Below are positions 47,618 to 58,131 of a DNA stretch of 64,000 nucleotides, one piece after another (position 1 is the first letter of the stretch; each line of letters starts with the position of its first letter). Origin of the DNA: an uncultured Thermoanaerobaculia bacterium (GTDB taxonomy: Bacteria > Acidobacteriota > Thermoanaerobaculia > Thermoanaerobaculales > Sulfomarinibacteraceae); NCBI GenBank assembly GCA_964609835.1, contig CAZSTH010000007.1, forward strand, positions 7,309 through 71,308, given 5' to 3'. Position numbers and translations under genes: made by a program. The notes beneath the pieces are model-generated. The model was not told where the DNA came from. It was given only the letters and a program-made list of their open reading frames with translations, and made no database searches.

Positions 47618-47938
47618 GTGGAGAGCTCTCCATGCGTCACCTCCCCGCCGTGGATGAAGGACTATACCAGCTGGTACGGCGGAGCGTTGAAGCCCGAGCT
47701 CCAGCCCGTGTGGGCCCGGTACTTCAGCAGGCACCTGCGTCCCGCGGCGGCCCGGATCGAGGCCACCCACGACGTCGAGGGTTTGATAGTCGCGGCGGTG
47801 GAGAACTCCGACGGCCGGATCGCCGTCGTGATTTTCAACCAGGGCACCGCGGAACAGTCCTTCGATCTCGGACTGGCCGGCCGCAGCGCGCGCCGGTCCA
47901 TTCCAGGTGTAGCTCTTCAGACGGTACTCATCGAATGA
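47618..47938 (+). pseudogene. Collapsed GH30 remnant (N-terminally truncated, large internal deletion)
   Basis: SPPWMKD..WYGGALKPE..WARYFS (mid-barrel GH30 segment) is joined directly to RHLRPAAARI...ENSDGRIAVVIFNQ...ALQTV (GH30 C-terminal beta domain). Only 106 aa; no catalytic glutamates. Confidence 0.7.
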
Positions 47939-48038
47939 GCCCGAACCGCGCCCTGTCTGCCGCCCCAGGCCTGCCGAGCCCGGATCGAAAAACAGCGGGA
48001 GGCGAGGACTTCGCAGTCTGTCCGCACGGGAGCTTTGC

Positions 48039-51000
48039 ATGAAGGACCAACCCCTACATCTCAGTGACGGCCGTCTCAGGCCGTCCACGGGAAAGGTGAG
48101 CGGTGGATACGTAAAGATCGGGTCGGAGTGGTTTTATCGCATTGCCAACTACGACCGCATGGAACCGTTCTTCATGAGCGTGGTGAGCGCCTCGAACCAC
48201 TGGATGTTTGTCTCCAGTCTGGGAGGGTTGACTGCCGGCCGGCAGAACCCGGATCTCGCGCTCTTCCCCTACGTCACAGAGGACAAGATCCACGACGGCA
48301 GCGACCACACCGGCTCGACATGCATCCTGCGGGTTGCGAGAGACCGCACTCGGTACCTGTGGGAGCCTTTCAACCTCCGCTGTGGGGCGCTGTACGACGT
48401 TTCTCGAAACATCTACAAGAACGTGTGTGGCACGACGCTGATCTTCGAGGAGATCAACAACGACCTCGGCATGGTTTTCCGCTCGACCTGGATGCTGTCC
48501 GACAACTTCGGTTTCGTCAAGCGGTCCGAGCTCGAAAACACGAGCCGCGACGAGGTGACGGTCGAAATGTTGGACGGGATCGAAAACATCCTGCCGTGGG
48601 GCGTGGATGAAATCCTCCAGAATCAGCTCAGCTGCCTTGCGGACGCCTACAAACAAAATGAGCTGGAAGCGGAGACCGGTCTCGCGACCTTTGCTTTGAG
48701 CTCGATCCCTGGTGACGGTGCCGAGCCTGCCGAGGCCCTGCGTGCGACCGTGTGCTGGTCCACCTGCCCACCGGAGTCGGCCAGGCTGCTGTCGTCGCTG
48801 CAGCTCGACGCATTCCGCCACGGAGCTGAGGTGCGGCCGGAACGGCGGGTGTGCGGCCGACGCGGCGCGTACTTCATTGACCAAACGGTGCAGGTTGCCG
48901 CCGGCCGGCGGCAGGGTTGGTTGATCGTCGCGGATGTCGACTGCGGCCCGAGCGAGATTGCCTCGCTGAAGCGCGCCCTGGCGGCCGCCGAGAGCGAAGA
49001 GAACCTCGTCCTGCAGGATGTGCGGGACGGGACCCGGCGGCTGAGAAGCCTGGTGGCGCGGTCTGACGGTCTGCAGCGGACCGGTGACTCCCTGGCGACG
49101 GCCCACCACTTCTCGAACGTGCTGTACAACGTCATGCGGGGGGGCCTCTTCGAGTCCTCCTACTCGATCCCGATCAAGGATCTCAAAGCGTTTATCGGCG
49201 CGTTCAATTCCGCAACCCTCGCCCGACATGAGGCCCTGCTGGACAGATTCGGGGACGAGTGCGATCGCGGCCGGCTCGTCGAGATCGTGCGCTCGACGGG
49301 CGACCCCGGGCTGCTGCGACTGGTTACCGAATACCTGCCGCTCTCGTTCAGCCGCCGGCATGGAGATCCCAGCCGCCCCTGGAACCGGTTCTCGATCAAC
49401 GTCAAGAACCGAGACGGGAGAAGGTTGCTCGATTACCAGGGGAACTGGCGCGACATCTTCCAGAACTGGGAGGCCCTCTGCCTCTCTTTTCCGGAGTTCC
49501 TGGAGAGCGTGATCAGCAAGTTTGTCAACACTACAACCGCCGACGGCCACAACCCCTACCGGGTGACCCGGGACGGATATGACTGGGAAGCTCCCTGTCC
49601 GGACGAACCGTGGGCGAACTTCGGCTATTGGGGAGACCACCAGCTGGTCTACCTGCTCAAGCTCCTCGAGCTCTCGCGAAGGCACCACCCGGGCGAGCTC
49701 GAGGCGCTGCTTGTCGACCGCCGCTTCGTGTACGCCGACGTTCCGTATGACATCAGACCATATGAGGAGCTCCTCGAGGATCCCCGGAATTCGATCGCCT
49801 ACAACATCGATCGGGAGCAGCGGATCGCCAACAGGGTGGAGGCCGTCGGTTTCGACGGCAGGTACCTCACAGAACCGTCGGGAGAGATCTGCAGGGCGAA
49901 CCTGGCCGAGAAGCTCCTGATCCCCCTGCTGGCGAGGATCTGCTGCTTCGTTCCTGGGGCGGGGTTTTGGATGAACACCAAGCGTCCCGAGTGGAACGAC
50001 GCCAACAATGCTCTGGCCGGCTACGGCGCGTCGGTGGTCACCCTCTGCTACGCGCGGCGGTACGTCGCCTTCTGCATCGAGCTGTTCTCCGAGGCTGAGG
50101 GTCAGGAGCTGGTATTGAGTGCGGAGGCTGCCGGCTGGCTGGCGGACGTCGTCGCGGCGCTGGAGGAGCATCGGCATCAGCTCGACCAGCGCGTGATCGA
50201 TGACGAGGACCGAAAATCGCTGCTTGACAGCCTCGGATCAGTTGCCGATGACTATCGGTTGGGTGTCTACTCTCAGGGTCTGAGTGGTCGCCGCGAAGCC
50301 GTCGCGTCGAAGGACGTGCTGGCATTCCTCGAGCTCACGCTCGAGTACTTCGACCAGACCGTGCGGCTCAATCGTAGAGACGACGGCCTCTATCACGCCT
50401 ACAACGTCCTCGGTATCACGCCTTCGGGCCTGTCAGTCAGCCGTTTGCAGGCCATGCTCGAAGGCCAGGTGGCCGTTCTCAGCTCCGGAGCCCTGAGCGC
50501 TCCGGAGGCACTGTCGATTCTCGAAGCCCTCCGCAGCAGCGACATGTACCGTGGCGACCAGCACTCCTACATGCTTTACCCGGACCGGGCCCTTCCGGGC
50601 TTTCTGGAGAAGAACACGATTCCTGAAGACCAGGCCGAACGTTCGAGGCTGATGCAGAAACTCCGTGCCGATGCCAATACGGACCTGGTCGAAGGAGACG
50701 TCGATGGCAAGCTGCATTTCAACGGCCTGTTCAAGAACGTCCGTGACGTCCTCGCGATGCTTGACGAGGTTGCAGAACACGGATACGGGCGCCTCGTGGA
50801 TGAAGAACGCGAGTTGGTGTGCGAGATTTTCGAGTCGGTCTTCGAACACAGCAGGTTCACCGGCCGTTCGGGGACCTTTTACGGCTATGAGGGGCTCGGC
50901 TGCATCTACTGGCACATGGTCGGCAAGCTTCTGCTCGCGGTACAGGAGTGCTGCCTGGCGGCCGATGCTGCAGGCAGCGAGGCCTTCGGCGAGCTCGCCC

Positions 51001-51503
51001 GGAGGTACTACGACGTGCGTGCGGGGCTCGGGTTCAACAAGACGCCGGAAGGGTACGGCGCTTTTCCCACCGATCCCTACTCACACACTCCGGGATTCGC
51101 TGGAGCCCGGCAACCGGGCATGACGGGCCAGGTCAAGGAAGAGATCATCACCAGGCTCGGCGAGTTCGGCCTCGTGGTCGAAGACGGTCGCATACGGTTT
51201 CGCCCGACACTCTTGCGCAGCAGCGAGTTTCTGAGTTCGCCGGAGGTGTTTCGGTACTCAGACGTTCACGGCACCCCCCGGGAGCTCGAGCTCGGCAGCG
51301 GCATGCTGGCCTTCACCTACTGCCAGGTTCCCATCGTCTATCGGCTCGCGAAGCGCGCCGGGTTGACCCTGCAATCGTCCGACGGCTCGATCAGGAGATT
51401 TCAAGGCCCGGATCTCGATAGCGAAGCCAGCGGCGAGATCTTCGGACGATCGGGCCGGATCGTGCGGGTCGACGTGCACCTCTGCCGGGTCCTTGAGATA
51501 TGA
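48039..51503 (+). CDS. Beta-1,3-glucan phosphorylase, GH149-like
   Basis: 1154 aa, no signal peptide. Motifs FSRRHGDPSRPWN, GNWRDIFQNWE, WMNTKRPEWNDANNAL, FTGRSGTFYGYEGLGCIYWHM and FPTDPYSHTP...QPGMTGQVKE; laminarin-locus context. Confidence 0.8.
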   Translation: MKDQPLHLSDGRLRPSTGKVSGGYVKIGSEWFYRIANYDRMEPFFMSVVSASNHWMFVSSLGGLTAGRQNPDLALFPYVTEDKIHDGSDHTGSTCILRVARDRTRYLWEPFNLRCGALYDVSRNIYKNVCGTTLIFEEINNDLGMVFRSTWMLSDNFGFVKRSELENTSRDEVTVEMLDGIENILPWGVDEILQNQLSCLADAYKQNELEAETGLATFALSSIPGDGAEPAEALRATVCWSTCPPESARLLSSLQLDAFRHGAEVRPERRVCGRRGAYFIDQTVQVAAGRRQGWLIVADVDCGPSEIASLKRALAAAESEENLVLQDVRDGTRRLRSLVARSDGLQRTGDSLATAHHFSNVLYNVMRGGLFESSYSIPIKDLKAFIGAFNSATLARHEALLDRFGDECDRGRLVEIVRSTGDPGLLRLVTEYLPLSFSRRHGDPSRPWNRFSINVKNRDGRRLLDYQGNWRDIFQNWEALCLSFPEFLESVISKFVNTTTADGHNPYRVTRDGYDWEAPCPDEPWANFGYWGDHQLVYLLKLLELSRRHHPGELEALLVDRRFVYADVPYDIRPYEELLEDPRNSIAYNIDREQRIANRVEAVGFDGRYLTEPSGEICRANLAEKLLIPLLARICCFVPGAGFWMNTKRPEWNDANNALAGYGASVVTLCYARRYVAFCIELFSEAEGQELVLSAEAAGWLADVVAALEEHRHQLDQRVIDDEDRKSLLDSLGSVADDYRLGVYSQGLSGRREAVASKDVLAFLELTLEYFDQTVRLNRRDDGLYHAYNVLGITPSGLSVSRLQAMLEGQVAVLSSGALSAPEALSILEALRSSDMYRGDQHSYMLYPDRALPGFLEKNTIPEDQAERSRLMQKLRADANTDLVEGDVDGKLHFNGLFKNVRDVLAMLDEVAEHGYGRLVDEERELVCEIFESVFEHSRFTGRSGTFYGYEGLGCIYWHMVGKLLLAVQECCLAADAAGSEAFGELARRYYDVRAGLGFNKTPEGYGAFPTDPYSHTPGFAGARQPGMTGQVKEEIITRLGEFGLVVEDGRIRFRPTLLRSSEFLSSPEVFRYSDVHGTPRELELGSGMLAFTYCQVPIVYRLAKRAGLTLQSSDGSIRRFQGPDLDSEASGEIFGRSGRIVRVDVHLCRVLEI

Positions 51504-51549
51504 CCTCACCGGGTCCGTGGCCGGCCATGGAAGACGTTGGAGAGGTGTG

Positions 51550-52998
51550 ATGAATGACACGCCCGAGCGAGCGATCAGGCCCGGTGGCATGGTCCCCTTG
51601 ACCCAGAAGGTCGCCTACGGCGTCGGCATGCTGGGCAACCAGATGTTCCCCGCCGCACTCGGCATCTTCATGGTGGTCCTCGTCAAGGGCCTGGGCTTCC
51701 CGCCGCTGCTGTGGGGCGTTCTCTTCTTCGTTCCGCGCATTGTCGATGCGGTCACCGACCCCGTCATGGGCTTCATCACCGACAACACCAGATCGCGCTG
51801 GGGGCGGAGGCGGCCCTACATCTTTCTCGGCGGAGTCGTCACCGGTCTCTCCTTCGTCGTGATGTGGCAGCTGTACGAGGAAAACAGCCTGGCTTTCAAC
51901 TTCAGCTATTTTCTGGTCCTGTCGCTGATTTTCTACCTCGGCCTCACCGTCTTCGCCACGCCCTACGTGGCCATGGGCTACGAGATGAGCAGCGACTTCC
52001 ACGAGCGAACCCGGCTCATGGCCGTCGCGCAGTGGATCGGGCAATGGGCCTGGGTGATCGCGCCGTGGTTCTGGGTGCTGATCTACGATCCCGAACTCTT
52101 TCCGTCGCCGGCAGCAGGGGCCAGGAGCCTCGCGGTCTGGGTCGGGCTGGGCTGCATGGGCCTGGCGTTGGTCCCGGCGATCTTCTGCCGCAGCGCCTCC
52201 ACCGCCGAGGCCGAAAACCTCCAGAGGCTGAACCGGGAGAACATCAAAGAGACCCTGGCAGTCTTCTTCCGGGGCTTCGGTCAGGTGTTTCGATGCGTGC
52301 CTTTCAGGAAGCTCTGCCTGGCGACCTTTCTGGTCTTCAACGCGTTCAACACCGTAGCGGCGTTCTCGTTCTTCATCATCGTCTACCATCTGTTCAGAGG
52401 CGATGCCGGCGCTGCGGGCACGTGGCCGGCCTGGTTCGGCACCGTCAGCGCGCTGTCAACCTGCTTCCTTGTGATTCCCGTGATCACTTTCGTGTCACAG
52501 CGATTGGGGAAGAAAAATACCTTTCTGCTCTCGCAGTCGGTTTCCATCGTGGGCTACGCCTTGTTCTGGTGGTGCTTTCGCCCCGACCAACCCCTCTTGA
52601 TGCTGGCGCCCGTGCCGCTGTTCGCGTTCGGAATCGGCGGCCTGTTCACGCTCATGACCTCGATGACCGCCGACGTCTGCGACCTCGACGAGCTCAACAG
52701 CGGCGCGCGACGGGAGGGGGCATTCGGCGCCATCTACTGGTGGATGGTGAAGTTCGGTATGGCGTTCGCCGGCGGCATGAGCGGGCTCATCATGAGTCTG
52801 GTGGGCTTCGTCCCGGACGTCGCCGTGCAGCCGCCGGGGGCTATCACCGGAATGAGGATCGCCTACAGCCTGGTACCGATCACCGGCACGCTGCTCGCCA
52901 TGTGGATCATGCGGGACTACGACATCACCGAGCAGCGGGCGAACGAGATCCGCGAGGAGCTGGAGTCACGCCGTGGCGCGTCGCCGTTGTGCAGCTGA
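51550..52998 (+). CDS. MFS (GPH family) sugar transporter
   Basis: DAVTDPVMGFITDNTRSRWGRRRPY and ADVCDLDEL..G.RREG. Confidence 0.9.
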   Translation: MNDTPERAIRPGGMVPLTQKVAYGVGMLGNQMFPAALGIFMVVLVKGLGFPPLLWGVLFFVPRIVDAVTDPVMGFITDNTRSRWGRRRPYIFLGGVVTGLSFVVMWQLYEENSLAFNFSYFLVLSLIFYLGLTVFATPYVAMGYEMSSDFHERTRLMAVAQWIGQWAWVIAPWFWVLIYDPELFPSPAAGARSLAVWVGLGCMGLALVPAIFCRSASTAEAENLQRLNRENIKETLAVFFRGFGQVFRCVPFRKLCLATFLVFNAFNTVAAFSFFIIVYHLFRGDAGAAGTWPAWFGTVSALSTCFLVIPVITFVSQRLGKKNTFLLSQSVSIVGYALFWWCFRPDQPLLMLAPVPLFAFGIGGLFTLMTSMTADVCDLDELNSGARREGAFGAIYWWMVKFGMAFAGGMSGLIMSLVGFVPDVAVQPPGAITGMRIAYSLVPITGTLLAMWIMRDYDITEQRANEIREELESRRGASPLCS

Positions 52999-53093
52999 TC
53001 CACCTCATCTCGAGGGCGTCCGGGTTGACTCGGGAGGCCGCGAGCTCGGACAGTCGAGCCAGGCTCCGGCGGAAAGCGTCTTGCGAGCTGTTG

Positions 53094-53123
53094 TTGACAG
53101 CATTTCCAATCGGCGCGTATCGT
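53094..53123 (+). promoter_or_regulatory. Second putative LacI-controlled promoter (SSS-GH16)
   Basis: TTGACAGCATTTCCAA matches the 39166 palindrome at 12/16 positions; TTGACA-N18-TATCGT. Confidence 0.55.
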
Positions 53124-53316
53124 CACGGACGAGACACGTCCGCGGCTCTCTTTCGAACAGAAGGAGGATTCAGGTGAACTCCGACCAACAATCGTGCCCA
53201 TGGCTCGAGCGGGGATCCAGTTCTCGATTGCGGAGCGGCCCTGCTGGCGATCTCGTCCCGGCCGCTTTCAGAATGCCGCGGATGCTGCTCGACGATCGGC
53301 AAGGAGACCAGTCGCA

Positions 53317-54954
53317 ATGAATACCCTCTCGACCCTCGACTGGACCGTCATAGCGCTGTACTTCGCCGCGATCTTTGTCGTGGCGTGGATGGTGGCGGGT
53401 CGCAAAAGGGCCACGCATGAGTCATCGGCCGGCTACTTCCTGGCCGGGCGCAACGTGGGGTGGTTCGTCGTCGGGACCGCGCTCTTCGCCTCCAACATCG
53501 GCTCCGAGCACCTGGTGGGCCTCGCCGGTACCGGTTACGACAGCGGCGTGGCGGTGGGCCAGTTCGAGGTGCTGGCCTCCCTCATCCTGCTCGTCCTGGG
53601 CTGGGTCTTCGTCCCCTTCTACCTCAAGAGCGGCGTCTACACCATGCCCGAGTTCCTCGAGCGGCGGTACTCGCCGGCCGCCCGCTGGTACCTCGCGGTG
53701 ATCTCCATCATCGGCTACGTCCTGACCAAGATCTCGGTCACGCTGTATGCCGGCGGCATCGTCTACGAGGTCCTGCTCGGCGGCAGCTTCTGGACCGGCG
53801 CCCTGATCATCGTCATCGCCACCGGAGCCTACACCGTGCTCGGCGGCCTGCGAGCGGTGCTCTACACCGAGATGGTCCAGACCATCGTGCTCATCGGCGG
53901 CGCCGTGCTCGTCACCGTCGTCGGCCTCGTCAAGCTCGGCGGCTGGAGCGCGCTGCGCGCCGCCACCGACCCCAGCTACTTCGACATGTGGCAGCCGATG
54001 AGCCACCCGTCGTTTCCGTGGACCGGCATCCTCCTCGGAGCGCCGATCCTCGGTGTCTGGTACTGGTGCACCGACCAGTTCATCGTCCAGCGCGTGCTGT
54101 CGGCCAAAGGCATCGACGACGCCCGCCGCGGCACCATCTTCGGCGGCTTCCTGAAGATATTGCCGTTGTTCATCTTCGTCCTGCCGGGCGTGGTGGCGGC
54201 GGCGCTGGTGAGCACCGGACAGCTCACGCTCGCCCGCGCCGACCACGCTCTGCCCGAGATGATCCGCTCACTGCTGCCGATCGGGATCCGGGGGCTGGTG
54301 ATGGCCGGCTTTCTGGCCGCCCTCATGAGCTCGCTGGCTGCGGTCTTCAACTCCTGCTCGACGCTCATCACCTGGGACGTCTACCGCAAGCTGCGGCCCG
54401 GGGCCTCGGAGCGTCAGCTGGTCCTGGTCGGCAAGGTGGCGACCGTCGCCCTGGTGGGCTTCGGCCTCGCTTGGATCCCCTTCATGAAGCACATCTCGGG
54501 CCAGCTCTACGTCTACCTGCAGAGCGTCCAGGCCTACATCTCGCCTCCCATCGCGGCCGTCTTCCTGCTCGGCGTGTTCTGGAAGCGGGTCAACAGCCAC
54601 GGCGCCATCGCCTCGCTGGCCACCGGCTTCGTGCTCGGCGCCACGCGGCTCGGCCTCGAGCTCGCAAAGAACTCCACCGGCGGTCTGCTCTACTGGTACG
54701 CCGATATCAACTTCCTCCACTTCGCCGTGCTCCTGTTCGTGATCTGCACCGGCGTGCTGATCGCGGTCAGCCTGCTGACGCCGGAGGAGCCACGCGCCAA
54801 GCTCGCCGGTCTCACCTTCGCCACCGCCGAGGAGGGTGCGGGCGAGCCCGCCGAGCGCCTGGTCTCCAGCCCGCGTTGGCGGCGCCTCGACGTCGTCCTG
54901 TCGGTGCTGCTGGTGCTGGCGGTCGTGCTGGTCTGGCTCGCCTTCCGGGGATGA
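53317..54954 (+). CDS. Sodium:solute symporter (SGLT-like sugar transporter)
   Basis: YFLAGRN, FASNIGSEH, TMPEFLERRY and WYWCTDQFIVQR; SD AGGAG. Confidence 0.93.
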   Translation: MNTLSTLDWTVIALYFAAIFVVAWMVAGRKRATHESSAGYFLAGRNVGWFVVGTALFASNIGSEHLVGLAGTGYDSGVAVGQFEVLASLILLVLGWVFVPFYLKSGVYTMPEFLERRYSPAARWYLAVISIIGYVLTKISVTLYAGGIVYEVLLGGSFWTGALIIVIATGAYTVLGGLRAVLYTEMVQTIVLIGGAVLVTVVGLVKLGGWSALRAATDPSYFDMWQPMSHPSFPWTGILLGAPILGVWYWCTDQFIVQRVLSAKGIDDARRGTIFGGFLKILPLFIFVLPGVVAAALVSTGQLTLARADHALPEMIRSLLPIGIRGLVMAGFLAALMSSLAAVFNSCSTLITWDVYRKLRPGASERQLVLVGKVATVALVGFGLAWIPFMKHISGQLYVYLQSVQAYISPPIAAVFLLGVFWKRVNSHGAIASLATGFVLGATRLGLELAKNSTGGLLYWYADINFLHFAVLLFVICTGVLIAVSLLTPEEPRAKLAGLTFATAEEGAGEPAERLVSSPRWRRLDVVLSVLLVLAVVLVWLAFRG

Positions 54955-55820
54955 AAATGCGAGCTCACGGAATGCTGGTTGCGGGTGCCTTTGGGGCCGC
55001 CCTCGTGGTCCCATCGGCCGGGTTCTCGGAAACACCGCCGTCGGCCGACACTTCTTGGCAGCTCGTCTGGCAGGACGAGTTCTCGGGCTCCGCGCTCGAC
55101 CGCGAGAGCTGGACCATCGTCCACATGCCCGACCCCTACAACGAAGAACTGCAGTACTACCCCGACCGGCCTGCCAACAGCGACAATGCCAACGTCCGGG
55201 TCGAGGACGGGGTGCTGGTGATCGAGGCGCGTCGGGAGGAGTACGAGCACCGCCGTTACACATCAGGACGCATCAACACCAAGGGCAAGCGCGAGTTTCT
55301 CTACGGCCGCTTCGAGGCCCGCCTCAAGCAGCCGGCCGAGGTGGGTCTGTGGCCCGCCTTCTGGATGCTGGGCGCCAACATCGACGAGGTGGGCTGGCCC
55401 GCCTGCGGCGAGATCGACATCCTGGAAGGCAAGGGCCGGCTCCCGAGCTGGACCTCGGGAGCGCTGCACCGGGGTCCGGATCCCGAGCACAATCTCATCA
55501 CGTCCGGCGACCACGCGCTTCCAGAGGGAGATTTCCACAGCCGGTGGCACGTCCTCGCCGTCGAGTGGGAGCCCGAACAGATCCGCTGGTATGTCGACAA
55601 GGTGCTCTACAACACCGTTGACAAGCCCGCGGGCGTGGATCCCGCCTACTGGCCCTTCGACCACGGCCACCCGTTCTACCTGATCCTCAACCTCGCCGTC
55701 GGCGGCTGGTTCGACGCGCCCCATATGCCACCCGAGAACATGCAGCCGCAGCGATTTCTCGTCGACTCGGTCCGGGTCTACCGCCGGGCCGGTGCCAAGG
55801 TCGATCCAGCCGATCGTTGA
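54951..55820 (+). CDS. GH16 endo-beta-1,3-glucanase (laminarinase)
   Basis: Signal peptide, WQDEF, YTSGRI, WPAFWMLG, catalytic GEIDILE and ILNLAVGG. Confidence 0.92.
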   Translation: MKMRAHGMLVAGAFGAALVVPSAGFSETPPSADTSWQLVWQDEFSGSALDRESWTIVHMPDPYNEELQYYPDRPANSDNANVRVEDGVLVIEARREEYEHRRYTSGRINTKGKREFLYGRFEARLKQPAEVGLWPAFWMLGANIDEVGWPACGEIDILEGKGRLPSWTSGALHRGPDPEHNLITSGDHALPEGDFHSRWHVLAVEWEPEQIRWYVDKVLYNTVDKPAGVDPAYWPFDHGHPFYLILNLAVGGWFDAPHMPPENMQPQRFLVDSVRVYRRAGAKVDPADR

Positions 55821-55999
55821 TCGAATCCGGCCAATGCCCCGCGGGCTTGGATGGAACCCCAGGGGTCGTCGTTCGAGACGGGCTTCGGTATCGTGTCGGA
55901 ACTGGTGGGACAATCGAAGACCTCAGCACGAGTTGGATCCAACGACGTCACGAATCATGCGGATCCACCTGCAGCCGACACCCCGTGAGGTCAGCGGGC

Positions 56000-56416
56000 T
56001 CAGGTGGTCTCCTTCTCCGGGTCGGCGGCCTCGCCGAAGAAGTTGAAGCCCTCGTAGCGCTTCGAGTGGGTGCCGAAGGCGGCGACCTCGTCGTCGCTCA
56101 TCAGGAAGGTGGCCTCCTCGCCGTAGACTCGCGAAAAGCGCACCGGCACCGGCGGCTCGTCGGCCTCGGAGGTCAGGATCTCCACCAGCTTGTCGTCGAT
56201 GCTCGAGGTCAGGTTGGCGCGGCAGACCGGGCAGCGGAATGTGTAGAGCCGGCCTTCCTCGAAGGTCACCGAGCGCGCGTAGACCGCGGTGTAGTCCCCG
56301 AGCTTCGGGCTCAGCAGCATCAGCTCGCAGCCGCCGCCGACATCGACGAGGAAGATCACCTTGGTGCCCGGGTTGAGAAGTCGTCGGCAATGCGCACAAA
56401 AGTACGAGCGGCCCAT
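56000..56416 (-). CDS. Hypothetical zinc-ribbon protein
   Basis: CAHC...CPVC pairs; SD GGGAGG; codon usage consistent with the genome. Confidence 0.65.
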   Translation of the reverse strand: MGRSYFCAHCRRLLNPGTKVIFLVDVGGGCELMLLSPKLGDYTAVYARSVTFEEGRLYTFRCPVCRANLTSSIDDKLVEILTSEADEPPVPVRFSRVYGEEATFLMSDDEVAAFGTHSKRYEGFNFFGEAADPEKETT

Positions 56417-56571
56417 GGGCGCCTCCCGGCAGCGGCGGCGATCAGAGCCGCCGCCTGTGGCTCAATACTACTCTCATCTGGCTGGGAGGTGCCAGACCGA
56501 GACCGGACACCGCGCCTCGACGCTCTTGATGGGTCCTTCATTCAATGTCGGGGTGCGTGGATAATGCCCCC

Positions 56572-58131
56572 ATGAGCTCGGCGGACCACCTGCTGGCCAT
56601 CGATTACGGCACCCAGAGCGTGCGCGCGCTGCTCTTCGACCCGCGCGGCATCTTGGTGGCGTCGAACCGGGTCGAGGTGGAGCCCTACTACTCGGAGCGC
56701 CCGGGGTGGGCGGAGCAGGACCCCGAGGCCATGTGGGGCTGGCTGTGCGAAGCCTGTTGGGGCCTGTGGGAGGGCAGCCCGGTCGCACGGGACGCGGTGG
56801 CGGCGGTGGCGCTGACCACCCAGCGCGCCACCATGGTCAACGTCGGAGCCGACGGTGCGCCCCTCAGGCCCGCGATTATCTGGCTCGACCAGCGGCGATG
56901 CGAGGGGCTGCCGCCAGTCAAGGGACTGTGGGGCCTCGGCTTCCGGGCGGTGCGCATGACCGAGACGGTGGCCCATCTGCAGGCCGAGGCGGAGGCCAAC
57001 TGGCTCAGGCGCCACCAGCGCGAGATCTGGGAGAAGACCCACAAGTACCTCTTCCTGTCAGGATTTTTGACGCACCGGTTGGCGGGGCGCTTTATCGACT
57101 CGGTAGGCTGCCAGGTAGGATACGTGCCCTTCGACTACAAGCGGCTGAAATGGGCCAAAGGGCGCGATTGGAAGTGGCAGGCGGTGCCCATGAATCGGTC
57201 TCTGCTGCCGGAGCTGGTACCGCCCGGTCAGCCGCTGGGGGAGGTCACCCGCGCCGCCGCGGAGGCCACCGGCATCCCGGCGGGGCTGCCGCTGGTGGCG
57301 GCTGCCGCCGACAAGGCCTGCGAGGTGCTCGGCGCAGGCTGCCTCGAGCCCGACACCGCCTGCCTCAGCTACGGCACCTCGGCCACCATCAACACCACCC
57401 ACCGGCGCTACGTGGAGGCCGTGCCCATGCTGCCGCCGTACCCGGCGGCGGTGCCGGGCGCCTACAGCCTGGAGGTCCAGATCCACCGCGGCTTCTGGAT
57501 GGTGTCGTGGTTCAAGAAGGAGTTCGGGCTGCGCGAGCGCCGCCTCGCCGAGAGGCGCGACGTCGAGCCGGAGGAGCTCTTCGACGAGCTCGTCAACCGG
57601 GTCCCGCCGGGCTCGATGGGGCTGGTGCTCCAGCCCTACTGGTCGCCCGGGGTCAAGGAACCCGGCCCCGAGGCCAAGGGGGCGATGATCGGCTTCGGCG
57701 ACGTCCACACCCGCGCCCACATGTACCGCGCCATCCTCGAGGGCCTCGCCTACGGGCTGCGCGAGGGGGCAGAGCGCATCCAGGCCCGCAGCGGCGTGCG
57801 GCTCAGGGAGATCCGGGTCGCCGGCGGCGGCTCGCAGAGCGATGCGGCGATGCAGGTCACGGCCGATGTGTTCGGGATAGCGGCGTCGCGGCCGCACGTT
57901 TCCGAGGCCTCCGGGCTCGGTGCCGCCATCGATGCCGCGGTCGGCGTCGGCGTCCATCCCAACTTCGAGACCGCGGTGCGCGAAATGACTCACCTCGGCG
58001 ATACCTTCGAACCCGACCCCAGGCAGCGCGCCGTGTACGACGGCCTCTACCGCGAGGTGTATCGGAGAATGTACAAGCGGCTGCGCCCGCTGTACGAAAA
58101 GATCCGGGAGATCACGGGCTACCCGCCCTGA
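56572..58131 (+). CDS. FGGY-family carbohydrate kinase
   Basis: [30 protein letters not shown] and GGGSQS. Confidence 0.92.
   Translation: MSSADHLLAIDYGTQSVRALLFDPRGILVASNRVEVEPYYSERPGWAEQDPEAMWGWLCEACWGLWEGSPVARDAVAAVALTTQRATMVNVGADGAPLRPAIIWLDQRRCEGLPPVKGLWGLGFRAVRMTETVAHLQAEAEANWLRRHQREIWEKTHKYLFLSGFLTHRLAGRFIDSVGCQVGYVPFDYKRLKWAKGRDWKWQAVPMNRSLLPELVPPGQPLGEVTRAAAEATGIPAGLPLVAAAADKACEVLGAGCLEPDTACLSYGTSATINTTHRRYVEAVPMLPPYPAAVPGAYSLEVQIHRGFWMVSWFKKEFGLRERRLAERRDVEPEELFDELVNRVPPGSMGLVLQPYWSPGVKEPGPEAKGAMIGFGDVHTRAHMYRAILEGLAYGLREGAERIQARSGVRLREIRVAGGGSQSDAAMQVTADVFGIAASRPHVSEASGLGAAIDAAVGVGVHPNFETAVREMTHLGDTFEPDPRQRAVYDGLYREVYRRMYKRLRPLYEKIREITGYPP

Noticed and set aside
55821..55999. Intergenic stretch after GH16 considered as a tRNA, att site or IS remnant
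   Set aside because: No cloverleaf, terminal repeats or recognisable transposase fragment.
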